DNA from: Parcubacteria group bacterium
GTDB lineage: Bacteria; Patescibacteriota; Minisyncoccia; Moranbacterales; UBA2206
DNA: 64,000 nt
Assembly: GCA_041659505.1 (NCBI GenBank)
Contig: JBAZYF010000003.1
Span: 86,026-150,025, forward strand
Direction: 5' to 3'
The position numbers and the translations under genes are program-made. This document shows, one piece after another, positions 17,656 through 25,741 of the stretch. How positions within the stretch are numbered: the first letter of the stretch is position 1; each line of letters starts with the position of its first letter. The notes under the pieces are model-generated. The model was not told where the DNA came from, made no database searches, and was given only the letters and a program-made list of their open reading frames with translations.

Positions 17656-19201
17656 ATTTCAGTCTTTTTTTAAATGCGATATGCCAGTACAGGAGAGCAT
17701 GCCAAGCGTGATCAGTGCCAGTAGTCGATTGCCATTCCCGTTTTTCCTGGCCAAACTGATTAGTAACCGTCCGGGCATACATTGTTTGAGCGTGGTCTAT
17801 TAGCATGCGAAAGGTCGTGTCGTTCGACTGCATGGCAAATTTGATCTCTCCGCGCCTCAGGGATGAGATTGTGTCGTCAATGATGCGATTGCGTGAGGTA
17901 AGCACTTTCACTTCATCCTCGAAAGGTTTTCTGTCTTCCTCCCTCTCGTCATTCCAGCGAATTACCTCGAGCATTTTCGGGTCGTCTTTATAGAAATTCA
18001 CATAGACGCGATAGGGAAATTTGCGAGCCAAACGCAGGGCTTCTTCCGTCCATGGCATAGCGTCAATAACGCATACCCGCACGTCATAGAATTGAATCAG
18101 TTCTGCCATATATTCCCAGCGAGTTTTGTTCGGCCGGTCTTTGATTTTACCAATCCAAAATATTCCTTTGGCATTGCCAATTACGATATGATTCTCATCC
18201 CCGGTATCCGCGCCCATTACGTTCCAGCCGGCTGTTTCGACTTCTTCATTTGTAATATTGCGCAAAAATAGGCTTTGGGGAATTTTCTGATCGGATGCGA
18301 TATAGGGCAAACCGAGAACGAAATTGTAAAAGTATTTTTGGTCTTCGGCATTGGCTTCTTCATCAAGCAGATTAGCCGCACTGCGCCAAGGACACATCAT
18401 TTGACTGATCCAATACCCGCTGATTGCTTCTCCTGGATATCGAGCTTCCCATCGTCCAGTATCACAGACCCAGCGTGAGGTGATTTCTTTTCGGCATTTC
18501 TGGCAGACATAGATTCTTCGTTCGCGGTCAACATTCTTCTCCCAGTCCATATGCTGTTCATAGTTACAATTAGGACAATTAAACCGCCAGTGTTTTTGGT
18601 CGGATTGCCCGAACAACCGATCAATTCCCACGTCCGGAACAGTCGGGGTTGAAAAATAATGCTGACTTCTGATTTTCGAAAATCCCATACGGCTTGTGTA
18701 ATCGCGAATTACCTCCGGCTTGGATTTGTCGAGCTCGTCGTGAATGTTTCTGTCTGAAGTAAGCATAATAGCTTCCTTTTCCGTGTATGTTCCTTTGAAA
18801 AACAAGAATGATTTTCCGATCTGTTTTTGCTCCACCGAATCCACGTCTTTTCCACTCACTCCTTCCAGCACACAGGAATTCACTTTCACGATTCTGTTTA
18901 CCTTGCTCTTTACGAATTCGGCCACATCGTCCACCGTCGGAAGTGTATAAATTTGATTGATGCCCCAAAAACGCGCGGCGTGGATCGCTCGCAAAATCTC
19001 CATCGTGCTAGCTCCAATCTGCGAACCTTTACGGATAACTTGCATCGGAGTACGATCGGAATAAATATCCAGCATAAAGCGGTGATCCGAAAATTCAATT
19101 ACATCGCCACTTTCGCTTTTTATTCCATTCTGCTTGATCCAATACAGAATGCTACTTTTTTGTTTTTCCTTTTCGTCCATAAAAAGCTTTGATAGTTTCA
19201 T
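17639..19201 (-). CDS. phage terminase large subunit (GpA-like)
   Basis: N-terminal ATPase region (KGSQIGAST). Internal CPNCNYEQ....CQKCRK zinc ribbon. C-terminal nuclease-like acidic residues. Preceded by a small-terminase-like gene. Confidence 0.6.
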   Translation of the reverse strand: MKLSKLFMDEKEKQKSSILYWIKQNGIKSESGDVIEFSDHRFMLDIYSDRTPMQVIRKGSQIGASTMEILRAIHAARFWGINQIYTLPTVDDVAEFVKSKVNRIVKVNSCVLEGVSGKDVDSVEQKQIGKSFLFFKGTYTEKEAIMLTSDRNIHDELDKSKPEVIRDYTSRMGFSKIRSQHYFSTPTVPDVGIDRLFGQSDQKHWRFNCPNCNYEQHMDWEKNVDRERRIYVCQKCRKEITSRWVCDTGRWEARYPGEAISGYWISQMMCPWRSAANLLDEEANAEDQKYFYNFVLGLPYIASDQKIPQSLFLRNITNEEVETAGWNVMGADTGDENHIVIGNAKGIFWIGKIKDRPNKTRWEYMAELIQFYDVRVCVIDAMPWTEEALRLARKFPYRVYVNFYKDDPKMLEVIRWNDEREEDRKPFEDEVKVLTSRNRIIDDTISSLRRGEIKFAMQSNDTTFRMLIDHAQTMYARTVTNQFGQEKREWQSTTGTDHAWHALLYWHIAFKKRLKYEPNK

Positions 19202-19715
19202 CTATTGCCAATCCCAACTCCTCTTCTTCCGCTGTCGGTGGTTTTTGATCTTCTTCCTTGATGCTCAATTCGTGCTTACCGAGAGATTCTCCCATCTCCG
19301 TGCGAAACATTTCCCATAGTTTCTTAATCTCGTCGACTGTCGCTCCTTCTCCTTTTTTCATCTGCTTTTTTAGAGCCTGGATTTTTTCCCAAAAAACCTC
19401 ACCGATAACAAACACTTTTTTCTGTTTGATTTCCTGCGCTTTCTTTCGAAGACTCTCAAGATCTTCAGTGAGTTTGAGGTCTTTCCGTTCAACCCAGCGA
19501 TATTTTTTTGACCAAGTTTCTATCGTTGTATCACTTGGTTTCTTGCCAAGCCTTTCGGCAAATTCCACCCAAGTTTCACCCAAGCTTTGCCCAACCTTAT
19601 CCCATAGCCCCAATGTCTTTCGAATGCTTCCCGCTTCGCAATATAAAAGCCAAGCGGTATATTGAGATTCCGTTTCGCTTGGCATTTTTGAAGTTGTAAG
19701 TACGGGCTTTGCCAT
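19152..19715 (-). CDS. putative terminase small subunit / HTH DNA-binding protein
   Basis: Position immediately 5' of the large terminase gene with a 50-nt overlap. Basic helical protein. Confidence 0.35.
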   Translation of the reverse strand: MAKPVLTTSKMPSETESQYTAWLLYCEAGSIRKTLGLWDKVGQSLGETWVEFAERLGKKPSDTTIETWSKKYRWVERKDLKLTEDLESLRKKAQEIKQKKVFVIGEVFWEKIQALKKQMKKGEGATVDEIKKLWEMFRTEMGESLGKHELSIKEEDQKPPTAEEEELGLAIDETIKAFYGRKGKTKK

Positions 19716-19739
19716 ATGGCTTGATCGCTTATCATTTAT

Positions 19740-21077
19740 CTATCCCTTGAGCTTTACTTTTTCCCAGCGCTTTCGAATCACATCGCACCAACAAGGGTCA
19801 AGCTCCAGTAGATAGCAAGTGCGCCCTAATTTATGCGCAGCGAAAAGCGTACTACCTGATCCGCCGAAAAAATCGACAATATTATTTCCGATTCGACTGG
19901 AGTTTTTGATGGCTCGCATAATCAGCCACTCCGGTTTTTCAGTTGGATGAGTCATTTTAGTAACCGCCTTTCTGGGCATATCCCATACGTCGCTTTCATT
20001 ATTGTCACCATAGAAAAAATGACGCTCTCCTTTTTTCCAGCCATACATAATCGGCTGAGCTTTCGTTTTACTCTTGCTTCGCTTGGCTTTCATGATTTGC
20101 TCGTATTGCTTCTTATAATCGCCCCAACCGATAGAGAAAGACGGTTTGACCCAAACGATCGTCGATGAAAATTCAAAGCCTGAATTGAGCATTTCGTAAT
20201 ACCACAGCGAATAACTAGTATAGCCGGTGCAGACATAAATCACTGCGCCGGGCTTCATGATTTCACAATAATTCGCGAATACTTTCTCGCTGAACGCTTC
20301 GAAATCTTCTTGGCTCTGCTGATCTCCCAAAATTCTGCCCTGCTCAGTCGGAAATTTTCCTTTCTTTTCATGACTGACATGAGCCACATTATATGGCGGG
20401 TCAGTAAAAACCATATCGGCTTTGAGCGTACCAAGCAATTTTTTAATATCTTCCATTTTAGTCGCATCTCCGCACATAAGCCGATGCCTTCCGAGTTCAT
20501 AAATTTCGCCGTATTTTGATTTCGGCTTTTTTATTTCCGCATATTCTTCTTCGACAGTTTTTTCTTCTTCATCATCCGGTTCGTCTAGTATTTGACTGTC
20601 CAAGAGATTGCTGATTTCCACTTCATTAAACCCAGTGACGCTCAGATCAAAGTCCGAGTGGTTGAGTTCTGTCATCAGTTCAGCCAGCTTTTCATCATTC
20701 CAATCGCGCCTTTGAGCAATTTTGTTCAAAGCAAGACTCAGGGCTTTTTCTTCTTTTTCGGACAAATCCACCAAATCCACGTTTTCTTTTGGTACTGTCT
20801 CCCAGCCCAATTCCTGTAAAACCATAACGGTCATATTGCCACCAATAATAATGCCCGCACGGCTCTTATTGGTATTTACCGTTATGAGCCCGCGAAGCCC
20901 AAAGCGCTCAATCGATTTTTTTAGCGCATCAATGTCTTCCTGCTTAACTTCTCGCGGATTGTAAGACGGGTGCTTGAGTTCTGAAATTTTTACTATTTGC
21001 GTAGTTTTAACCATAGGTACATGAAAAATATTTTTATACGAATTAATATCATCTGCCATTTTGGAAGCGCGGGACAT
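19740..21077 (-). CDS. ParB-like nuclease domain fused to an N6/N4 DNA methyltransferase (phage-type orphan MTase)
   Basis: N-terminal ParB/Srx-like region (KISELKHPSYNPRE). MTase motif IV VFTDPPYN. C-terminal SAM-binding FFGGSGST. Confidence 0.7.
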   Translation of the reverse strand: MSRASKMADDINSYKNIFHVPMVKTTQIVKISELKHPSYNPREVKQEDIDALKKSIERFGLRGLITVNTNKSRAGIIIGGNMTVMVLQELGWETVPKENVDLVDLSEKEEKALSLALNKIAQRRDWNDEKLAELMTELNHSDFDLSVTGFNEVEISNLLDSQILDEPDDEEEKTVEEEYAEIKKPKSKYGEIYELGRHRLMCGDATKMEDIKKLLGTLKADMVFTDPPYNVAHVSHEKKGKFPTEQGRILGDQQSQEDFEAFSEKVFANYCEIMKPGAVIYVCTGYTSYSLWYYEMLNSGFEFSSTIVWVKPSFSIGWGDYKKQYEQIMKAKRSKSKTKAQPIMYGWKKGERHFFYGDNNESDVWDMPRKAVTKMTHPTEKPEWLIMRAIKNSSRIGNNIVDFFGGSGSTLFAAHKLGRTCYLLELDPCWCDVIRKRWEKVKLKG

Positions 21078-21155
21078 ACTTGCGTCGTTTCCTCTCGCTG
21101 AATCATTTCGATATGCTGTTTTCGCTCTTTGGCCACTGGAAGATTTTTTTGAGAA

Positions 21156-21419
21156 CTATTGTTTGACACGTACATATTCTTCTTCAATTAATTTTTTTGT
21201 TGTTAAGATGGCGTGTTCGACTTTTTCGATTCGCTCCTGATACTCGGCCACAATTTCCTTTTTAGTTTTTTGACCGTCCAGATTAAACGGGGTCAGGCGC
21301 GGTATCACCACGTCATTGTCATCGCGATCTTCGAGATTACGAATGGCAATCTCTAGTCGCAGGTTTTCTTCTATCAGTGAGTCATGGATTGACTCTAATA
21401 TTTCCAGTCTGGTTTTCAT
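21156..21419 (-). CDS. hypothetical coiled-coil protein
   Basis: ORF only. Confidence 0.3.
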   Translation of the reverse strand: MKTRLEILESIHDSLIEENLRLEIAIRNLEDRDDNDVVIPRLTPFNLDGQKTKKEIVAEYQERIEKVEHAILTTKKLIEEEYVRVKQ

Positions 21420-21484
21420 ATGATTTGATATGACGGATTTTGTTTCTTTGTCCCGCCCTTAGCGACAAGGCCGCCGTTATTTTA

Positions 21485-21766
21485 TTAAAGTTCGACAGAT
21501 GTCGGTCTGACACTACCCGGAAGATCCGGCACGTCAAGCCGAACACTGACCCGAGCCTTGCTTCTGCGACCGGCGAGATTCATGATTGAACGGATCGCTT
21601 TGATAACGCGTCCGTCTTTTCCAATCACAATTCCCGCATCACCTTCACCAAGCTTCACCGAGAGGAGCACGCCCATCTCATCGACATGCCTCAATACCTC
21701 GACCTGTTCGGGATACGTAACGATGGCCTGTAAAATCTCCTTCAATAAATTTTGATCTTGTTCCAT
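21485..21766 (-). CDS. KH-domain RNA-binding protein (YlqC/UPF0109-like)
   Basis: GxxG loop region VIGKDGRVIKAIRSI typical of a type II KH domain. Locally high GC. Confidence 0.55.
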   Translation of the reverse strand: MEQDQNLLKEILQAIVTYPEQVEVLRHVDEMGVLLSVKLGEGDAGIVIGKDGRVIKAIRSIMNLAGRRSKARVSVRLDVPDLPGSVRPTSVEL

Positions 21767-21877
21767 AGATTTTATTTTTCTTTAGATAATTTTTTAGTTT
21801 CTAACCACCTGTCGACCGCAGGTAGCAATGTGGATTAGCCACACCTGAAGAGTCAGTCTTTTTTACTCCTGAACGCC

Positions 21878-23128
21878 TCAGGTACTGCTAATAATTTTAT
21901 TGGTTTTTTTTATTGCTCTCATAATTTCAATCGCCACCTGCGGAACAATTGCGTTGCCAAGAGCCTTTAGTCTTTCTACTCGATGTCGTGATTTGGTGAG
22001 TTCAAATTCGTCCAGTTTTGCGGGTAGCCCATCATCCACTCCACAAAGTTCGGTTGCAACTTCAAGCCAGGAGAGTTCCCAACCTTCTCTCTCAAATTTG
22101 AACACCCGCCTTTGATTGCTTGGTTGCTTCTTTCTTCCGGTTTTCTGATATCGCTCCGCATATCCATCACGCTTGGAGCTGGAAGCATCGCCAACACGTC
22201 TTTCACCTTCACTCCGAATCTCACGCCCTTTCGATTTACCCTGCTCCATCGTCCGTTTTTCAGTTCCGCATTCTTTACCGGAGCACCTTCCTTTTCGCTT
22301 ACTCTCGGTGTCGGAAGCAAAGCGTTTATCGCTTCCTGAACTTGTTCTCCCATATTGTGCTTTCCTCTGTCCCTCATGGCCGCTCGGCTGTCTTGCGCTT
22401 TCGGTGTTCCTAGCATCTTCGGCCACAGGTGTGTTTTTCTCAAATCGCTCGCTCCTCCGGCCAAAAGCTGTTCGTAAAGATTGCCGGGCGGAACTGTGTT
22501 GCGCCCTGTTTTGTTTCTGCTCACCTGACGTTTCAGATAGCTTTCCGCGCTTTTTCTTTCGATTGGTCTTATCGCTGAGGGCGTGAGCAACAAACCAGAT
22601 CCGGTCTCTTCGGTGCGGAGCGTTGACGGCGACAGCTGGAATAATAAACGGCTGGATTTCGTAGCCGGAATTTTCCAAGTCAAGGCACACTTGTTCGAAT
22701 ACCATTCCGTTTTGCATAGTAAATAATCCGCGCACATTTTCAGCAATAACCCAGCGCGGTTTTGTAAGGCGGATGACGCGAAGCATTTCCGGCCAGAGAT
22801 AACGGTCATCATCTGTGCCTCGCCTTTTTCCGGCCTGGGAGAAGGGTTGACAAGGAAAGCCTCCCGTGAGGATGTCGACTTTAAATAGTTGTCTATTCCC
22901 ACTTGCTTGCTGTTTTTTCCTCTGTTTTTGTAGTCCGTTCCAGTTGGCGTCGGCAATAGACTTGATTTCTTTGATGTCCCCATATATTTTTGAATTTGGA
23001 AATCTTAGTTTTAATAATTTTTGGCAGTAGCGATCATTGTCGCAAAAAATATGTTCCGCGTTCGGCCAAATTTCTTCCACTGCCAGAGCAAAGCCACCAA
23101 TGCCGGAAAATAGATCTAAATGTCTCAT
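21878..23128 (-). pseudogene. DNA cytosine-5 methyltransferase with two apparent frame changes (pseudogene, recoding or assembly indels)
   Basis: Frame A from 23128 has motifs I (FSGIGGF), IV (GGFPCQPFS), VI (ENV) and VIII (RRDRIWFVAHA). After an A5 run near 22541-22552 the MTase-like sequence continues in another frame (ORF 21976..22983: LGTPKAQD..., LLPTPRVSE..., FVEWMMGYPQNWT). The terminal motif X (ALGNAIVPQVA) is back in frame A after an A4 run near 21990. Confidence 0.55.
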
Positions 23129-23140
23129 GTGCTTTTATTT

Positions 23141-24109
23141 TTATTTCCGCGAAACACTAAGCGATTCCTTCAACTTATTGAGCGCTTCGACCATTGCGCT
23201 CATTTTTTCAGCTTCGTTCTCGGTCTTTGAATTTTTCGCAGTGCCATACTTCATAGCAATCTGTTCCAGGTTTCCATAAAAACCATATTCGCGGTAACTG
23301 GCTTTTATAAAATCCCTGAGCACCTCCTTGCACAGCGCGGCGCCAATTGATGGCGACATGGATGGCTTGTTCTGCAAAAACCAGATGAATTCAAGTTCCA
23401 ATTGAAATTCAGTCAAATGCGAAAGAGCGTGCTTGAGTAAATTGCCGTCTTTAAATTTCACGAGCGTCGGCTTAGTATGTCGGATTGCTTGGCACAGCTG
23501 ACTAAACTTCCCAATAAAATACCGCGTTGGAATTATTTTTTTATTATCCCCAACAAGTTTTCTTGTCCGATAGGACTTCTTTGTAAACTCGGTTTCTTTT
23601 GTAGCCCGAAATTTTTTCGCCCGAAGATTTTTCGGGGGTTGTGCAAATTTTCTAACCCTCGAACTTTTTTCGGGGGTAGTTAAGTCAGGTATTTGTTGGG
23701 GGTGCTTAAGGCTAAGGCGATAGAAAATTTTTCCTCCGCATTTCATCCGTTTTTGCGATGAATCCAGAAGCTCGCCCAATTCGTCGTGAGCTTGGATTAT
23801 TCTCAACTCATCCACTAATCGCTTAAGCGAGTTTTGAATGGATCTGTCGCTTCGGTTTATCTTTTTCATCAGTTGACCCTGACTAATCCAATCTTTCTCC
23901 TTGCGCCGTTTTGTTTCCATGTCTTCAATCCATCCCAATGTTTGATCGGCAACAACGAGAAGAATTCTCAGCTCTACGTCACTCAAAAGTGGCATCCACA
24001 CACGGATGATGAGATGCGGAATTTGAGTCGTATTGGGAATTATTGATTGTATTTCGTAGTCCATATTTTTAGTGAAAGAGAAACAGCCACTGTCCTGACA
24101 CTTTCGCAA
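23141..24109 (-). CDS. putative replication initiator / replisome-organizer-like winged-helix protein
   Basis: N-terminal VWMPLLSDVELRILLVVADQTLGW resembles RepA/phage replisome organizer N-terminal domains. Weak. Confidence 0.3.
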   Translation of the reverse strand: MRKCQDSGCFSFTKNMDYEIQSIIPNTTQIPHLIIRVWMPLLSDVELRILLVVADQTLGWIEDMETKRRKEKDWISQGQLMKKINRSDRSIQNSLKRLVDELRIIQAHDELGELLDSSQKRMKCGGKIFYRLSLKHPQQIPDLTTPEKSSRVRKFAQPPKNLRAKKFRATKETEFTKKSYRTRKLVGDNKKIIPTRYFIGKFSQLCQAIRHTKPTLVKFKDGNLLKHALSHLTEFQLELEFIWFLQNKPSMSPSIGAALCKEVLRDFIKASYREYGFYGNLEQIAMKYGTAKNSKTENEAEKMSAMVEALNKLKESLSVSRK

Positions 24110-24130
24110 TCAAGACAGGGCTGAGAACTG

Positions 24131-24364
24131 TTAGAAATAAATGGGAAAATGAATTCTTATATATTCCTCCGCCTCTTCCTGTTCATGCAAGTTATCCGGG
24201 TCGGGATCGACCTGCCCGAGACCTTTGCATATTTTGCAATAAATATTTTCTCCATCACATTCGTCACATAGGCGCTTTTCGCCATCAAGAATGAATTGAC
24301 GTATTTTTTCTTCCCGCAATTCTTCAGGAAGCTCGTTCCATTCGAGATTGAATGCGTATTTCAT
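24131..24364 (-). CDS. hypothetical small protein with a CxxC...C cluster
   Basis: ORF; CDECDGENIYCKICKG. Confidence 0.3.
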   Translation of the reverse strand: MKYAFNLEWNELPEELREEKIRQFILDGEKRLCDECDGENIYCKICKGLGQVDPDPDNLHEQEEAEEYIRIHFPIYF

Positions 24365-24365
24365 A

Positions 24366-24740
24366 TTAGTAATCGGCTACTATCGTGCAAGGCTCTCCTG
24401 TTTCCTTTTCTTTTTGCTCGCACAATTTCACAAAATCAATAAAACTTTTTTGAATCCTGTCGATCTGTTTTTTTCTCACTTCTTTATAGAGGCGCCTTTC
24501 TCGCTCTTCGATTAATTCGAGAGTTTTCGGCAGTCGTTCGCGTAAAATTTTGGCTGCGATTTTCGTCTCTCCTTTTTTGGTAAAAACTTCCTGGAATAAA
24601 TAGTGAGTTGCATAAGGATCGCCGTGATACGCTTCCCTCAAATACCCCACATGTCCGTGCCTGGTTGAGAAGCCAGTCATTTGTTCTTCTCTTTGCTTTA
24701 GCGTCTGGTTTTTCCAGCGCGCGTAAATATCAATTCCCAT
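24366..24740 (-). CDS. hypothetical protein
   Basis: ORF abutting the downstream gene with a 1-nt gap. Confidence 0.3.
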   Translation of the reverse strand: MGIDIYARWKNQTLKQREEQMTGFSTRHGHVGYLREAYHGDPYATHYLFQEVFTKKGETKIAAKILRERLPKTLELIEERERRLYKEVRKKQIDRIQKSFIDFVKLCEQKEKETGEPCTIVADY

Positions 24741-24815
24741 AACTTTATATCTTCGGCAGGTTTCCGATCTCCGCTTTCGCCGATTCGGCGAACGATTCGG
24801 GATCGGAAACCTGGC

Positions 24816-25040
24816 TCATTTATTTCCCTCCGGGTTCGTTTCGCCCATTGGGAAGCTATTTAATTGCTTGGCGACTCCGTTCAACTTACGAAGCCGTATT
24901 TCGTTTGGCAAGTACTCTATCTGGATTTGGTCTCCTATTTTCCATTCGTAGCGATCCGCGAGCCATTTCCCTTCAAGGATTATCGCGGGAACTCCGTGCC
25001 TGCGATAAGTGACCGTGCGAGTGGTTTTCGGTTCTTTCAT
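24816..25040 (-). CDS. SymE-like (AbrB/SpoVT-fold) toxin-family protein
   Basis: YRRHGVPAIILEGKWLADRYEWKIGDQIQIE resembles the SymE core (Y.RS.P.P.IRL.GRWLEEAGF..G..V.V). Confidence 0.45.
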   Translation of the reverse strand: MKEPKTTRTVTYRRHGVPAIILEGKWLADRYEWKIGDQIQIEYLPNEIRLRKLNGVAKQLNSFPMGETNPEGNK

Positions 25041-25258
25041 TTGAGAATATTCAGCGCCAGCTTCGCTTGGGCTGACCAGAACGGACTCCAGTATCCGCTT
25101 TGGCCATCTGCCGTTATTTGAGCAAGCGAGATGAAGAGAATCATTATGTCGAGCATCACCAGGAAAACTGCCAGTTGCGTGGCGCAGACGATTGTTTTCT
25201 TAGCGTGCTCGCCTGCCCGCCGAAGCCTCGGCACAGGTGGGTAAGTTACTGCAATCAT
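25037..25258 (-). CDS. small membrane protein
   Basis: Two hydrophobic helices. 4-nt overlap with the SymE-like gene. Confidence 0.25.
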   Translation of the reverse strand: MIAVTYPPVPRLRRAGEHAKKTIVCATQLAVFLVMLDIMILFISLAQITADGQSGYWSPFWSAQAKLALNILK

Positions 25259-25303
25259 ACTTTTGATTACTGTTCGGCCGTGCGATATGCACCGACCGCA
25301 ACG

Positions 25304-25561
25304 TTATTGGTTAAGTTGCTTTTTGATTTTTTCGATCAGAGCTTTCCTAATCTGATCGAAGGCATAACCCGACAGTTCGCTTTGCATTTCTTCGTCAGCA
25401 AGTTCCGTCGTAAACTTTCCCATTAGCTCACCGATTTCGTCAGAGATATTATCCTCGAGATTCCCGGCGAGCCATTTGGCTTTTTCCAAGATGCGACTAC
25501 GCATCACTTTTCCACGCATCTCACTACGAATGCGTTGTTTAATTTTCGTTAGATTTTTCAT
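25304..25561 (-). CDS. hypothetical protein
   Basis: The ORF track starts at TTG 25576; the first ATG is at 25561 (MKNLTKIKQR...). Confidence 0.3.
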   Translation of the reverse strand: MKNLTKIKQRIRSEMRGKVMRSRILEKAKWLAGNLEDNISDEIGELMGKFTTELADEEMQSELSGYAFDQIRKALIEKIKKQLNQ

Positions 25562-25662
25562 AAGCGTGTTTGTCAACTTATGTAAACTTATTGCGGACTC
25601 AGGCGCCGCGTGCCTCGACCTTCAGGCGAGCGAAATTAATTTCGAGATCGGGGTTTTCGGCA

Positions 25663-25689
25663 TAGAAAAAACCCGTGCTCTTCGCACGG
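25663..25689 (-). terminator. Rho-independent terminator downstream of secA
   Basis: Minus strand: cccgtgc-gaaga-gcacggg followed by TTTTTT. A second 9-bp-stem hairpin lies at 25700-25719. Confidence 0.5.
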
Positions 25690-25741
25690 GTTTCCCCTTT
25701 TAATCCGCAACTGCGGATTACCTGGCTTTATTTTTCAGCTC

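Noticed and set aside
22112-22586. Three overlapping plus-strand ORFs (75, 97, 137 aa)
   Set aside because: The plus strand here is almost pure pyrimidine, so stop codons are absent in every frame. Low-complexity translations; antisense to the MTase.
21976-22983. 335-aa ORF overlapping the C5-MTase gene
   Set aside because: Not an independent gene. Its upstream part is merely the open alternate frame of the MTase catalytic region (polypurine tract keeps all frames open). Its downstream part is the MTase TRD in a shifted frame. Folded into the pseudogene/recoded MTase call.
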